Shown in pieces: positions 17,394-27,371 of a DNA stretch of 64,000 nucleotides. This DNA comes from Pseudomonadota bacterium (GTDB lineage Bacteria > Pseudomonadota > Gammaproteobacteria > Burkholderiales > SG8-39). Position numbers and translations under genes: made by a program. Each line of letters starts with the position of its first letter. Position 1 is the stretch's first letter. The notes under the pieces were generated by a model. It was not told the DNA's origin, did no database searches, and saw only the letters and a list, made by a program, of their open reading frames with translations. The DNA lies in the NCBI GenBank assembly GCA_025352885.1, contig JANXRZ010000235.1:1856-65855 (forward strand), read 5' to 3'.

Positions 17394-19130
17394 ATGGCGA
17401 ACGAAAAGAAGAAATCCGGGTTGCGTAGCGTCAAGTGGTTCGGGCGGAACGATATCTACGGCTTCATCTACCGCAGCTGGATGAAGAACAAGGGAATCCC
17501 GCATGACCAGTTCGATGGCCGGCCGGTCATCGGCATCTGCAACACCTGGTCGGAGCTCGTCCCGTGCAACTCGCATTTCCGTGTAATCGCGCAGCATGTA
17601 CGAGACGGCGTTCTGGAAGCCGGCGGATTTCCGCTCGAGTTTCCCGTGATGTCCCTGGGGGAAACCCTGCTTCGCCCTACCGCGATGCTGTATCGGAACC
17701 TCGTCAGCATGGACGTCGAGGAATCGATCCGGGGCAACCCGCTTGACGGTGTGGTGCTGCTGGTCGGATGCGACAAGACCACGCCCGCGCTCCTCATGGG
17801 CGCTTCCAGCGTGGACCTCCCCACCGTTGCGGTCTCCGGCGGACCGATGCTGTCAGGAAAATACCGTGGGACCGACATCGGCTCCGGCACGAACGTGTGG
17901 TCGATGTCCGAGGACCTGCGTGCCGGCAAGATCACGCAGGACGAATTCCACGAGGCCGAATCCTGCATGCACCGCTCCCATGGCCATTGCATGACCATGG
18001 GCACCGCCTCGACTATGGCCTCGATGGTCGAAGCGCTGGGCGTGGGCATGCCGGGCAACGCCGCAATCCCGGCGGTTGACGCGAGGCGCTATGTGCTCGC
18101 TCGGGAGGCCGGCCGACGTGCGGTGGAAATGGTCAGAGAGAAACTCACGCTCTCGAAGGTCCTGACGCGCGAGGCATTCGAAAATGCGATCCGCGTCAAC
18201 GCAGCGATCGGTGGCTCGACCAATGCGGTCATCCATCTCATCGCAATCGCCCGTCGCATCGGGATCGACCTCAAGCTCGAGGACTGGGACAAGCAGGGCC
18301 GCGGCATCCATACGCTCGTGAACCTGATGCCGAATGGCAAGTACCTCATGGAAGACTTCTATTACGCGGGCGGCCTGCCTGCCGTGATCCGGGAACTGGG
18401 GCGCAACGGAAAGCTGAACAAGGATGCGCTGACCATCAACGGCAAATCGATCTGGCAGAACAACAAGGATGCGCCCTGCTACAACCGCGACGTCATCCAT
18501 TCATTCGACAAGCCCTTCAAGAAAAACACGGGCATCGCAGTCCTGCGAGGCAACCTGTGCCCGGACGGCGCGATCATCAAGCCGTCAGCCGCCACCCCTG
18601 CCCTGATGAAGCACACGGGACGCGCAGTGGTGTTCGAGGACATCGAGGACTTCCATACCCGCATCGATGATCCGAAGCTCGATATCGATGCGAACTGCGT
18701 CATGGTGCTGAAAAACTGCGGCCCGCGCGGATACCCGGGAATGGCGGAAGTAGGCAACATGCCGCTCCCGCCGCGCCTACTGAAGAAGGGCATCACGGAC
18801 ATGGTGCGGATTTCGGATGCGCGCATGAGTGGAACGGCCTACGGCACCGTTGTGCTGCACGTCGCGCCGGAAGCGGCCGCGGGCGGCACGCTCGCGCTGG
18901 TGCAGAACGGTGACATGGTCGAGCTGGATGTGGCCAACCGGAAGCTCCAGCTCTTGGTAACCGACGAGGAACTCGCGAAGAGGCGAAAGAAGTGGAAGGC
19001 GCCCAAGCCGCCTCTCACACGAGGGTATTGGAAGCTTTACAACGATCACGTGTTGCAGGCGAACGAAGGCGCCGACCTCGACTTCCTCGTAGGCAAGAGC
19101 GGCTCCCTCGTGCCGCGCGATAACCACTAA
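17394..19130 (+). CDS. IlvD/Edd-family Fe-S sugar-acid dehydratase
   Basis: GRPVIGICNTWSEL.PCN, GCDKTTP, GHC.TMGTASTM, GGSTNA, ISDARMSGTAYG. Confidence 0.92.
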   Translation: MANEKKKSGLRSVKWFGRNDIYGFIYRSWMKNKGIPHDQFDGRPVIGICNTWSELVPCNSHFRVIAQHVRDGVLEAGGFPLEFPVMSLGETLLRPTAMLYRNLVSMDVEESIRGNPLDGVVLLVGCDKTTPALLMGASSVDLPTVAVSGGPMLSGKYRGTDIGSGTNVWSMSEDLRAGKITQDEFHEAESCMHRSHGHCMTMGTASTMASMVEALGVGMPGNAAIPAVDARRYVLAREAGRRAVEMVREKLTLSKVLTREAFENAIRVNAAIGGSTNAVIHLIAIARRIGIDLKLEDWDKQGRGIHTLVNLMPNGKYLMEDFYYAGGLPAVIRELGRNGKLNKDALTINGKSIWQNNKDAPCYNRDVIHSFDKPFKKNTGIAVLRGNLCPDGAIIKPSAATPALMKHTGRAVVFEDIEDFHTRIDDPKLDIDANCVMVLKNCGPRGYPGMAEVGNMPLPPRLLKKGITDMVRISDARMSGTAYGTVVLHVAPEAAAGGTLALVQNGDMVELDVANRKLQLLVTDEELAKRRKKWKAPKPPLTRGYWKLYNDHVLQANEGADLDFLVGKSGSLVPRDNH

Positions 19131-19151
19131 CCCGCCCGGAGGCTCGCCGCG

Positions 19152-19715
19152 ATGAACGATTCGCAAGAGCACGTACTTGGCGCTGACGGCGAGTTTCACG
19201 TCGTCGACGCGCCTATCGATCTCTCGGTTTATGCTTGGGAGGACTGGGTGGCGTTGCTGGCTTTCTGGCTCCTTGCGTTCGTGGTCTTCATTCAATTTTT
19301 CACACGCTACGCGTTGAACGACTCGGCCGGCTGGACTGAGGAGATCGCGCGATACCTGCTCATCTGCACCGTGTTCATCGGTGCCTCGATGTGCGTGCGC
19401 AAGAATAATCACGTGCAGGTCGACGTCTTCTACCGCTTCATGCCCAAGACCATGGCGCGCGCCTTTTCAACTGGCGTCGATGTAATTCGCGTCCTTTTCC
19501 TCGGCTATTGCACCTGGCTCACCTGGATCCTAATCGGGAAGATCGGCAAGCAAAGCATGGCGGTCATCGACTGGCCAATCGGGATCGTCTACGCCGCCGT
19601 CCTGTTCGGCTTTTTCATGATGACCTACCGTGCGATCCGGCTGGCACAGGAGAACCTGCACCGCGGATACAGCGTGCTCGAGCGTCCCGAGATCGGCTTG
19701 TCAGAAACCCTATGA
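19152..19715 (+). CDS. TRAP transporter small permease (DctQ)
   Basis: QFFTRYALN...WTEEIARY, HVQVD; four hydrophobic segments. Confidence 0.9.
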   Translation: MNDSQEHVLGADGEFHVVDAPIDLSVYAWEDWVALLAFWLLAFVVFIQFFTRYALNDSAGWTEEIARYLLICTVFIGASMCVRKNNHVQVDVFYRFMPKTMARAFSTGVDVIRVLFLGYCTWLTWILIGKIGKQSMAVIDWPIGIVYAAVLFGFFMMTYRAIRLAQENLHRGYSVLERPEIGLSETL

Positions 19716-21112
19716 CTGGCACGTTACTGGCTTCGTTTCTCGCCCTGATGGCATCGGGTCTGCCCGTAGCGCTTGCGATGGCGGCTGCGTCGTTAATCTA
19801 TGTCATGGCCACCGGGACCGTGCCGGATTATGTCGTGATCCACCGAATGGTCAATGGCGTTGATTCGTTTCCGCTCCTGGCGGTACCGTTTTTCATCCTC
19901 GCCGGGAATCTCATGAACACCGCGGGCATCACGAACCGCATCTACAACTTTGCCCTTGCCCTCGTCGGCTGGATGAAAGGCGGACTCGGCCACGTCAACG
20001 TCGTGGGCTCGATGATTTTTTCGGGCATGTCCGGAACGGCAATTGCCGACGCAGCGGGTCTGGGAACAATCGAGATCAAGGCAATGCGCGATCACGGCTA
20101 TCCGATCGAGTTCGCCGTGGGGGTGACGGCAGCGTCCGCGACGCTCGGACCGATCATTCCGCCGTCGCTACCTTTCGTGATCTACGGAATGATGGCCAAT
20201 GTGTCCATTGGACAGCTGTTCCTCGGCGGCGTGCTACCCGGCATCGTCATGTCGGTCCTGATGATGCTGACAGTGGCCTACTACGCGCATACGCGTGGCT
20301 ACGGCTCGGATACGCCATTCTCTTGGCTTAAGCTCTCGAAGGCCTCCCTGGAGATCTTAGTTGTGCTCGGGTTTCCAATGGCCGTCTGGCTCATGACGCT
20401 GGTGGACATTTCCGCAAATCACGCTGTGGGCATCGCGTTCGTAGTGCTGCTCGCGCTCGACTGGCTATTCAGTTTTTCTGCAGTCATGGCTTTGATGGCA
20501 CCGGTGATCCTGATCGGAGGCATGACGATGGGCTGGTTCACGCCCACCGAAGCGGCGGTCGCGGCCGTGGTATGGGCGCTGTTCCTCGGCCTGGTGCGGT
20601 ATCGCACCATGTCGCTTCGCATGCTGGTCAAGGCTTCGATGGACACGATCGAAACTACCTCGACCGTGCTGCTGATTGTCGCTGCGGCCTCGATCTTCAG
20701 CTGGCTCCTCACGGTGACCCACGTCGCTGAATGGATCGCGAACGCAGTGCTTTCGCTTACCAGCAGCCCTGCGATGTTCCTGCTGCTGGCCAACCTCCTG
20801 ATGCTCTTTGTAGGTTGCTTCCTCGAAACCACCGCCGCGATACTGATTCTGGTGCCGATCCTGATGCCTATCGTGCTCAAGCTCGGCATTGACCCGGTCC
20901 ACTTCGGCCTCGTCATGGTGCTCAACCTCATGATCGGCCTTCTGCACCCACCCCTAGGAATGGTACTGTTTGTCCTCGCGCGCGTGGCAAACCTGTCTGT
21001 CGAGCGGACGACGGTGGCGATCATTCCATGGCTGGTACCCTTGCTCCTCAGCCTGATTGCGATCACCTACATCCCTGAGATCACGCTCTGGCTCCCGCGC
21101 CAATTTTTCTAA
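19712..21112 (+). CDS. TRAP transporter large permease (DctM)
   Basis: FPLLAVPFFILAG.LM, FSGMSG.A.AD, PIIPPS, FTPTEAA, GIDPVHFG; ATGA overlap with dctQ. Confidence 0.93.
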   Translation: MTGTLLASFLALMASGLPVALAMAAASLIYVMATGTVPDYVVIHRMVNGVDSFPLLAVPFFILAGNLMNTAGITNRIYNFALALVGWMKGGLGHVNVVGSMIFSGMSGTAIADAAGLGTIEIKAMRDHGYPIEFAVGVTAASATLGPIIPPSLPFVIYGMMANVSIGQLFLGGVLPGIVMSVLMMLTVAYYAHTRGYGSDTPFSWLKLSKASLEILVVLGFPMAVWLMTLVDISANHAVGIAFVVLLALDWLFSFSAVMALMAPVILIGGMTMGWFTPTEAAVAAVVWALFLGLVRYRTMSLRMLVKASMDTIETTSTVLLIVAAASIFSWLLTVTHVAEWIANAVLSLTSSPAMFLLLANLLMLFVGCFLETTAAILILVPILMPIVLKLGIDPVHFGLVMVLNLMIGLLHPPLGMVLFVLARVANLSVERTTVAIIPWLVPLLLSLIAITYIPEITLWLPRQFF

Positions 21113-21123
21113 GGGGCTGACGC

Positions 21124-22647
21124 ATGCTGCAAGCTGCTGACCTGACCATTCGCCTCAACCCGGCCGACGACGTGGTGATTGCCCGTGTCGAGATCCCGGC
21201 CGGCACGACCCTCGTTAAGGAATCGAACGTACGCGTTTCGGCAAGCGTTCCCGCCGGCCACAAGATTGCGGTCCGGGCCGTGCCCAAGGATCAACCGGTG
21301 CGCCGCTACGACCAGATCATCGGGTTCGCGTCGCAGGACATCGCAGCGGGCGATCACGTACATGTGCATAACCTGGCCATGGGCGACTTCCAGCGGGACT
21401 ACGCCTACTGTGTCGACGCGAAGCCGACTCAGTATGTGACTGCCCCGGCCACCTTCCAGGGCATCGTCCGTTCGGATGGACGGGTCGCAACGCGCAACTA
21501 CATCGGGATTCTCACGAGCGTGAACTGCTCGGCCACAGTTGCGCGCATGGTCGCCGACCATTTCAGGAACCGGCTGGACGCTTACCCCAACGTTGACGGT
21601 GTGGTGGCGCTCACCCACAAATCAGGCTGCGGAATGGCTTCCGAAGGCGAGGCCATGGATGTTCTGCGCAGGACTATGGCGGGGTATGCGCGCCATCCGA
21701 ATTTTAGTGCCGTGCAAGTGGTCGGGCTGGGCTGCGAGGCCAACCAGATCTCGAATTTCGTTTCGACGCAGGAATTGAAGCGCAGCGACAAGTTCTCGAC
21801 TTACACGATCCAGGGCAAGGGTGGCACGATGAAAGCCGTGCGCGAGGGCATTGCGCGCGTTGAAGCTGCGTTGCCCGAGGCAAACAAAGCCGTGCGGGTT
21901 ACGCTGCCAGCAAGCCACCTTACGCTCGGCCTGCAGTGCGGCGGGTCGGATGGCTATTCCGGGATCAGCGCCAACCCGGCGCTGGGCGCGGCGGTCGACC
22001 TGCTCGTGCGCCACGGCGGCACGGCGATCCTTTCCGAAACGCCCGAGATCTATGGTGCCGAACACCTGCTCACGCGCCGGGCCGTGAGCCGGGAGGTCGG
22101 CGAAAAGCTCATCAGGCGCATCCGCTGGTGGGAGGAGTACACGAGCCGAAACGGCAACGAAATGAACAACAACCCTTCCCCGGGCAATAAAGCGGGCGGT
22201 CTCACCACGATCCTCGAAAAGTCGCTTGGCGCGGTCGCAAAGGGCGGCACGACAAACCTGATGGACGTGCTCGAATACGCCCAGCCCGTGAGCGTGAAAG
22301 GGTTCAACTACATGGATACGCCAGGCTACGATCCGGTCTCTGCCACGGGTCAGGTGGCGGGCGGCGCGAACATGATCCTGTTTACGACGGGTCGGGGCTC
22401 GGCGTACGGCTGCAAGCCTGCCCCTTCGCTAAAGCTCGCCACCAATAGCGCCCTTTTCGCCCACCAGGAAGAGGATATGGACCTCAACTGCGGCACGATT
22501 GTCGACGGGAAGGAGTCCGTCGAAGAGGTCGGTAAGCGCATTTTCGAGCTCATCCTCGCTACGGCGTCCGGGCAGAAATCGAAAAGCGAGTCCTGGGGCT
22601 ATGGGGAAGACGAATTCGCGCCGTGGGTCCTCGGCGCAACGATGTAA
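21124..22647 (+). CDS. UxaA/GarD-family dehydratase with N-terminal SAF domain
   Basis: GHKIA, HVHVHNL, TSVNCS, GLGCE, QCGGSD..SG..ANP, NNPSPGNKAGGLTTI.EKSLG, FTTGRG. Confidence 0.92.
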   Translation: MLQAADLTIRLNPADDVVIARVEIPAGTTLVKESNVRVSASVPAGHKIAVRAVPKDQPVRRYDQIIGFASQDIAAGDHVHVHNLAMGDFQRDYAYCVDAKPTQYVTAPATFQGIVRSDGRVATRNYIGILTSVNCSATVARMVADHFRNRLDAYPNVDGVVALTHKSGCGMASEGEAMDVLRRTMAGYARHPNFSAVQVVGLGCEANQISNFVSTQELKRSDKFSTYTIQGKGGTMKAVREGIARVEAALPEANKAVRVTLPASHLTLGLQCGGSDGYSGISANPALGAAVDLLVRHGGTAILSETPEIYGAEHLLTRRAVSREVGEKLIRRIRWWEEYTSRNGNEMNNNPSPGNKAGGLTTILEKSLGAVAKGGTTNLMDVLEYAQPVSVKGFNYMDTPGYDPVSATGQVAGGANMILFTTGRGSAYGCKPAPSLKLATNSALFAHQEEDMDLNCGTIVDGKESVEEVGKRIFELILATASGQKSKSESWGYGEDEFAPWVLGATM

Positions 22648-22662
22648 CCAACGAGCCTGCAC

Positions 22663-23343
22663 ATGTCCACTACCGGTTTTCGAATCCTGCTCTCGCCGCC
22701 CCGCGCTTCGCAATCGCACCTCGCCGCGTTCGCATCGCTACCCACGTCGAACATCAGCGACAACATGCTGCGCCATCATGGCGCCGGCGCGCGGCTGAGG
22801 CCGTTCCATCGCGGTGGGATACTTGTTGGCACCGCCTTTACGGTCAAGACGCGACCGGGCGACAACCTGCTCACGCATAAGGCAATCGACATGGCAGCGC
22901 CCGGCGACGTGATCCTCGTGGACGCCGGCGGTGCACTCGACCACGCCATCATTGGCGAAATCATGTCTTCGCACGCCAAAAAGCGCGGCATCGCAGGCAT
23001 GATCATCGATGGCGCCATTCGCGACGTGGATGCAATATCGGCCAGCGATTTCCCGATCTATGCTTGCGGGGTGACGCATCGGGGCCCTTACAAGGACGGT
23101 CCGGGCGAAATCAATGTGACGGTCAGCATTGCGGGAATGGTCGTCAACCCGGGGGACATCATCGTGGGCGACGCCGACGGGGTAGTGGCAATCCCCCAAG
23201 CGGAAGCGGACAAGATCATCGCCCTCACTATTGCGCAAAAGAAAAAGGAAGAATCGGTTCTGGCAGCCATCGCTTCCGGCACGCCGGTCGATCGCAGTTG
23301 GGTCGACAAAATGCTGCGCGAAAAAGGCTGCAGCTTTCCCTAG
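22663..23343 (+). CDS. RraA-family protein (HMG aldolase-like)
   Basis: GTAFTVKTRPGDNL, IDGAIRD, GPYKDGPGEIN, PGDIIVGDADGVV. Confidence 0.88.
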   Translation: MSTTGFRILLSPPRASQSHLAAFASLPTSNISDNMLRHHGAGARLRPFHRGGILVGTAFTVKTRPGDNLLTHKAIDMAAPGDVILVDAGGALDHAIIGEIMSSHAKKRGIAGMIIDGAIRDVDAISASDFPIYACGVTHRGPYKDGPGEINVTVSIAGMVVNPGDIIVGDADGVVAIPQAEADKIIALTIAQKKKEESVLAAIASGTPVDRSWVDKMLREKGCSFP

Positions 23344-23349
23344 GACAAA

Positions 23350-23727
23350 ATGACTATGCGGCGAATCTCCTTCCGTTTAAGTGCCGCGCTCCAGTTGCTG
23401 GTCCTTTTCTCGGTCCCTCTCGTCGCAGGGTCGGCTCCCAAAGTTCACCCTCCGACCGGCGCAATCGCGTATCACCGCGATTCGGGAAGCTTCGGCTATG
23501 CCGTAAACGCGAAGGATTCACGGTCCGCCCGCATTGCCGCCCTCAACCAATGCGGCCACCCGAAGTGCGAAGTGGTGGCGAGCCTGAGCAAGGACTGCGG
23601 TGCGGTGGTCAATGGGCCAAAGCGCTTCGTCGCATCGCGAGGCGCCACTCGCCAGGAAGCGGAAACCCGGGCGCTTCGCCTCTGCGGCGAAGGATGTTCG
23701 ATTGTCGGATGGGCTTGCCCGCGCTAA
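23350..23727 (+). CDS. Secreted DUF4189-like protein
   Basis: Signal peptide; GAIAY...G.FGYA, AL..C....C.VV, CGAV, A...AL..C...C......C pattern. Confidence 0.75.
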   Translation: MTMRRISFRLSAALQLLVLFSVPLVAGSAPKVHPPTGAIAYHRDSGSFGYAVNAKDSRSARIAALNQCGHPKCEVVASLSKDCGAVVNGPKRFVASRGATRQEAETRALRLCGEGCSIVGWACPR

Positions 23728-23836
23728 CGACCCCTCGTTTGAACGTAGATCCCCTTTCCTAGTCAAGGTAAGGAGTTGCAAGAATTCATGAGGAATTGCA
23801 AAACCGGATAGACGGCGCTCGTGCGCATTTGTTCCA

Positions 23837-24277
23837 ATGCGCACCAACATGCGCTTATCCATTTGTCTCGTGCTGTGGTTCTTGTCCATTCACGTTACGG
23901 CCGTAGCCGCGCCCAAGACAGGGAATCAGCCGAGAAGTGGCGACTGCCTGCGCATGACTGTAGACGCCAGCACCATCTCCAGTTTCGGGGGACAAGTGCG
24001 CCAGCACTACCGGATCTATTTCGAGAATTCTTGCGACACGGTGCGCGTTGTCTATTGGTGCGCTGAGCATCCTTCCAAGCAGTTGACCGCAACTTCCGTT
24101 TGCTCTGCCCGTACGGCGGCCGCCGGCCTTGCCGCGCCGCTTTATGCGGTCAATCGCCAGCGAGAATTCCAGTGGACTTTTCCGGAAGGCACCCTTATCC
24201 GCTACGTCGACTGCAACGGGTCTACTTTTCCGACCAGCGACCTGCGGTGCGCCACGGCCGGACCCCGCCCGCGCTGA
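23837..24277 (+). CDS. Secreted Cys-containing hypothetical protein
   Basis: Signal peptide ending AVA; six Cys in the mature part; beta-rich pattern. Confidence 0.6.
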   Translation: MRTNMRLSICLVLWFLSIHVTAVAAPKTGNQPRSGDCLRMTVDASTISSFGGQVRQHYRIYFENSCDTVRVVYWCAEHPSKQLTATSVCSARTAAAGLAAPLYAVNRQREFQWTFPEGTLIRYVDCNGSTFPTSDLRCATAGPRPR

Positions 24278-24308
24278 CCGATTTCCGGCATGCGAGAATG
24301 TTCGCGTC

Positions 24309-24920
24309 GTGCCACTTCATTCACTCCAAAGCTTACTTCCCGAGATTGCGCTGGCCGCGGCGCTCGCATGGGGCAGCGGGCTGCGCCTTTACGCAGTGCT
24401 GGCCGCGCTTGGACTCGCCGGATGGACGGGTTGGTTGACGCTGCCCGAGCACCTTTCCGTCCTCGCCAACCCAATGGTGCTCGGCGCGAGCGGGTTCATG
24501 ACGCTCGTTGAGTTCGGCGCCGACAAATTGCCATGGCTGGACAGCGTCTGGGATGCCGTGCACACGTTCATTCGCATCCCGGCGGGCGCTGCCTTGGCCG
24601 CCGGCGTCTTCGGTTCAGGCGAGCCCTCACTGGCTGTGACTGCGGCAATTCTCGGAGGCACGATAGCCGCGGGAACCCACCTCGTTAAGGCAGGCGGGCG
24701 CGCAGCGCTCAATACGTCGCCCGAACCTTTCAGCAACTGGATCGCCTCTTTCACCGAAGACATGGCGGTCCCTGGCGGCCTATGGCTTGCCGTCTTGCAT
24801 CCGATCGTATTCCTCGTTGCCCTTGCCCTGTTTGGCATCCTTGCTTTCGTGCTTCTTCGGACGATCGCCCGCGGACTTTCCTCGCTGGCTACCCGAGTGC
24901 GGGGATACGCTTCGCGGTGA
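24309..24920 (+). CDS. DUF4126-like membrane protein
   Basis: LAWGSGLRLYA, EF.ADK.PWLDSVWDAVHTFIRIPAGA, NTSPEPFSNW..S..ED; start approximate (GTG). Confidence 0.85.
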   Translation: MPLHSLQSLLPEIALAAALAWGSGLRLYAVLAALGLAGWTGWLTLPEHLSVLANPMVLGASGFMTLVEFGADKLPWLDSVWDAVHTFIRIPAGAALAAGVFGSGEPSLAVTAAILGGTIAAGTHLVKAGGRAALNTSPEPFSNWIASFTEDMAVPGGLWLAVLHPIVFLVALALFGILAFVLLRTIARGLSSLATRVRGYASR

Positions 24921-25672
24921 TGCGCCCTACGCCGGTCGGCACCTCCCGTGTTCCCCGTTTCCACATGCCGGTGATGCTTGCACCAGGTGCGACGCTTCCG
25001 TTGGCGCAGGATGCGGCGCATCACGCTTCCAGAGTGCTGCGTCTCCAAGAGGGTGAGCCCGTGATCCTGTTCAACGGGGCGGGTGGCGAGTATTCCGCGC
25101 GCATTGTCCACACTTCGCGCGACGGGGTGACGGTCGAGATCGGCGATTTCAATCCCGCCGAAAAAGAATCCCCTCTGGCGATCACGCTGGTACAAGGCAT
25201 CTCGGCTGGCGACCGTATGGACCTGACGATCCAGAAAGCGGTGGAACTGGGTGTGGGTGCAATTCAGCCGATTCTGGCCGAGCGCTCCGTGGTGCGCCTC
25301 AAGGGCGAGCGCGGCGATTCGCGCCGCGAGCATTGGCAGCGTGTCGCCGCCGCAGCCTGTGAGCAATGCGGCCGAAACCGGGTCCCCATCGTTTCTACAG
25401 CGTTAGCGCTGGATCAATTTCGCCCGCCTGAGGGCGCGCTGAAGTTGCTTCTTTCACCCAACGGCAACGCCGCGTTGCGCGCGGTCGATGTCTCTATCGG
25501 AAGCGCTGTTGTCGTTGCGGCCGGTCCGGAGTCCGGATTCAGTCCGAACGAGGAAGGCCTCTTCCTGGCGGCTGGCTTTCTCTCCGTACGGCTTGGTCCG
25601 AGGGTGCTTCGTACGGAAACCGCGGGTCCCGCAGCGATTGCGGCCTTGAACGCCCTTTACGGCGACGGCTAG
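24920..25672 (+). CDS. rsmE: 16S rRNA (uracil1498-N3)-methyltransferase
   Basis: HHASRVLRL, QKAVELGV, AACEQCGR, GPESGFS, LGPRVLRTETA. Confidence 0.95.
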   Translation: MRPTPVGTSRVPRFHMPVMLAPGATLPLAQDAAHHASRVLRLQEGEPVILFNGAGGEYSARIVHTSRDGVTVEIGDFNPAEKESPLAITLVQGISAGDRMDLTIQKAVELGVGAIQPILAERSVVRLKGERGDSRREHWQRVAAAACEQCGRNRVPIVSTALALDQFRPPEGALKLLLSPNGNAALRAVDVSIGSAVVVAAGPESGFSPNEEGLFLAAGFLSVRLGPRVLRTETAGPAAIAALNALYGDG

Positions 25673-25744
25673 CACCCTGCGCGTCGCTGCCTCCGTGTCT
25701 GGCTGGCGTACTATTCGTCGCACGAATAAGAAAATGTCGACCGC

Positions 25745-27067
25745 ATGACACCGACTCCGCAACCTGAAGCGTTTGTCCGCTGGTTCCGCCAGACGGCGCC
25801 GTATCTGCACGCATTCGGCGGGCGCACATTCGTGGTGGCTTTCGGCGGCGAACTGGTGACGGATCGGGCGCGGTTCGCGCACTTCATCCAGGACATCAAC
25901 CTCCTGGCCGCGCTGGGCATCCGACTGGTCCTTGTGCACGGCGCCCGACCGCAAATCGAGGCGGCGCTCAAGGCCGCGGGGCAACGCTCACGCTTCTCGA
26001 AAAACCAACGCATCACGGACCAGGCCGCACTCGTGGCCGTAAAGCATGCCGCAGGCGCCCTCCGTGTAGAACTGGAAGCCTTGCTTTCGCAAGGTTTGCC
26101 CAATTCGCCTATGGCCGGGGCGGACATCAGGGTCGCGTCAGGCAACTACATAACGGCGAGGCCCATTGGAATTGTGGACGGCGTCGACTTGCAATTTACC
26201 GGCACGGTGCGAAAGGTCGACGCCGTCGCGATCAAGCGCCGGCTCGAAGCAGAAGAGATCGTCCTGGTGCCGCATATCGGTTACTCCCCTACCGGCGAGG
26301 TCTTCAATCTCGGCTGGGAAGATGTCGCGTGCGGCGTCGCTGTGGCACTGAAGGCGGACAAGCTGCTGATCTTCTCCGACTGGCTTCCGACCGACCGGAA
26401 AGGCGAAGTCATTGCGGAAATGACCGCCAAGGAAGCTGAAGCGCTTGCGCGCAAGAGCGGCCTGGCGCCAGCCTCAGCGCGCACGCTCGAGTGCGCGCTC
26501 AGGTCACTGGCTGCCGGCGTCCCGCGGGCGCACCTGTTGTCCCGGCGCGTATGGGGCGCGATTCCGCTCGAACTGTTCACTCACTCGGGCGTCGGCACGA
26601 TGATCACGGCCGACCCGGTCGAGGAGATTCGCTGGGCGGGCATCGAGGACGTGCGGGGCATCATCGCCCTCATCGAGCCGCTTGAGGCGGAGGGTGCGCT
26701 GGTGAAGCGCAATCGCGAAATGCTGGAGCGGGAAATCGGCAACTTCACCGTCATCGAGCACGACGGCGTCATCGTCGGCTGTGCCGCCCTTTACCCGTTT
26801 CCGGAAGAAAAGAGTGCCGAATTCGCCTGTTTCGCAGTGGCGCCCGAATATCGCGACGCCGGTTACGGCGAGCAGCTACTGCATGCCTGCGAGGAGCGCG
26901 CCCGGACCCTCAAGATCCGGCGCCTGTTTGCCCTGACCACACGGGCCGCGCACTGGTTCCTCGAGCAAGGATTCCGGCCGGCCGATGTAAGCGCGCTCCC
27001 TGAAAAGAAGCAGGCGCTCTACAACTGGAAGCGCAATTCCAAGGTCTTCAAAAAGCGCCTGCGCTAA
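25745..27067 (+). CDS. argA: Amino-acid N-acetyltransferase (N-acetylglutamate synthase)
   Basis: [31 protein letters not shown]-terminal GNAT with LTTR..HWF and RNSKV. Confidence 0.95.
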   Translation: MTPTPQPEAFVRWFRQTAPYLHAFGGRTFVVAFGGELVTDRARFAHFIQDINLLAALGIRLVLVHGARPQIEAALKAAGQRSRFSKNQRITDQAALVAVKHAAGALRVELEALLSQGLPNSPMAGADIRVASGNYITARPIGIVDGVDLQFTGTVRKVDAVAIKRRLEAEEIVLVPHIGYSPTGEVFNLGWEDVACGVAVALKADKLLIFSDWLPTDRKGEVIAEMTAKEAEALARKSGLAPASARTLECALRSLAAGVPRAHLLSRRVWGAIPLELFTHSGVGTMITADPVEEIRWAGIEDVRGIIALIEPLEAEGALVKRNREMLEREIGNFTVIEHDGVIVGCAALYPFPEEKSAEFACFAVAPEYRDAGYGEQLLHACEERARTLKIRRLFALTTRAAHWFLEQGFRPADVSALPEKKQALYNWKRNSKVFKKRLR

Positions 27068-27098
27068 AATCCGGTCCTGCGGACAACAGGACACTCCC

Positions 27099-27371
27099 AT
27101 GGCAAGAATGGTCAAGTGCGTCAAGCTCGGGCGCGAAGCGGAAGGCTTGGATCGGCCAACCTATCCGGGCGAGCTCGGCAAGCGCATCTACGAGAACGTT
27201 TCAAAGGAAGCATGGCAGGGATGGCTGCGCCACCAGACCATGCTGGTCAACGAAAACCGGCTGAACCTGGCTGACGCAAAGGCACGCAAATACCTGGTCG
27301 AGCAGATGGAGAAACACTTCTTCGGCGAGGGGGCCGACGCGGCAGTCGGGTATGTTCCGCCGAAGGACTAG
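27099..27371 (+). CDS. yggX: Oxidative damage protection / Fe(II)-trafficking protein
   Basis: [42 protein letters not shown]. Confidence 0.95.
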   Translation: MARMVKCVKLGREAEGLDRPTYPGELGKRIYENVSKEAWQGWLRHQTMLVNENRLNLADAKARKYLVEQMEKHFFGEGADAAVGYVPPKD

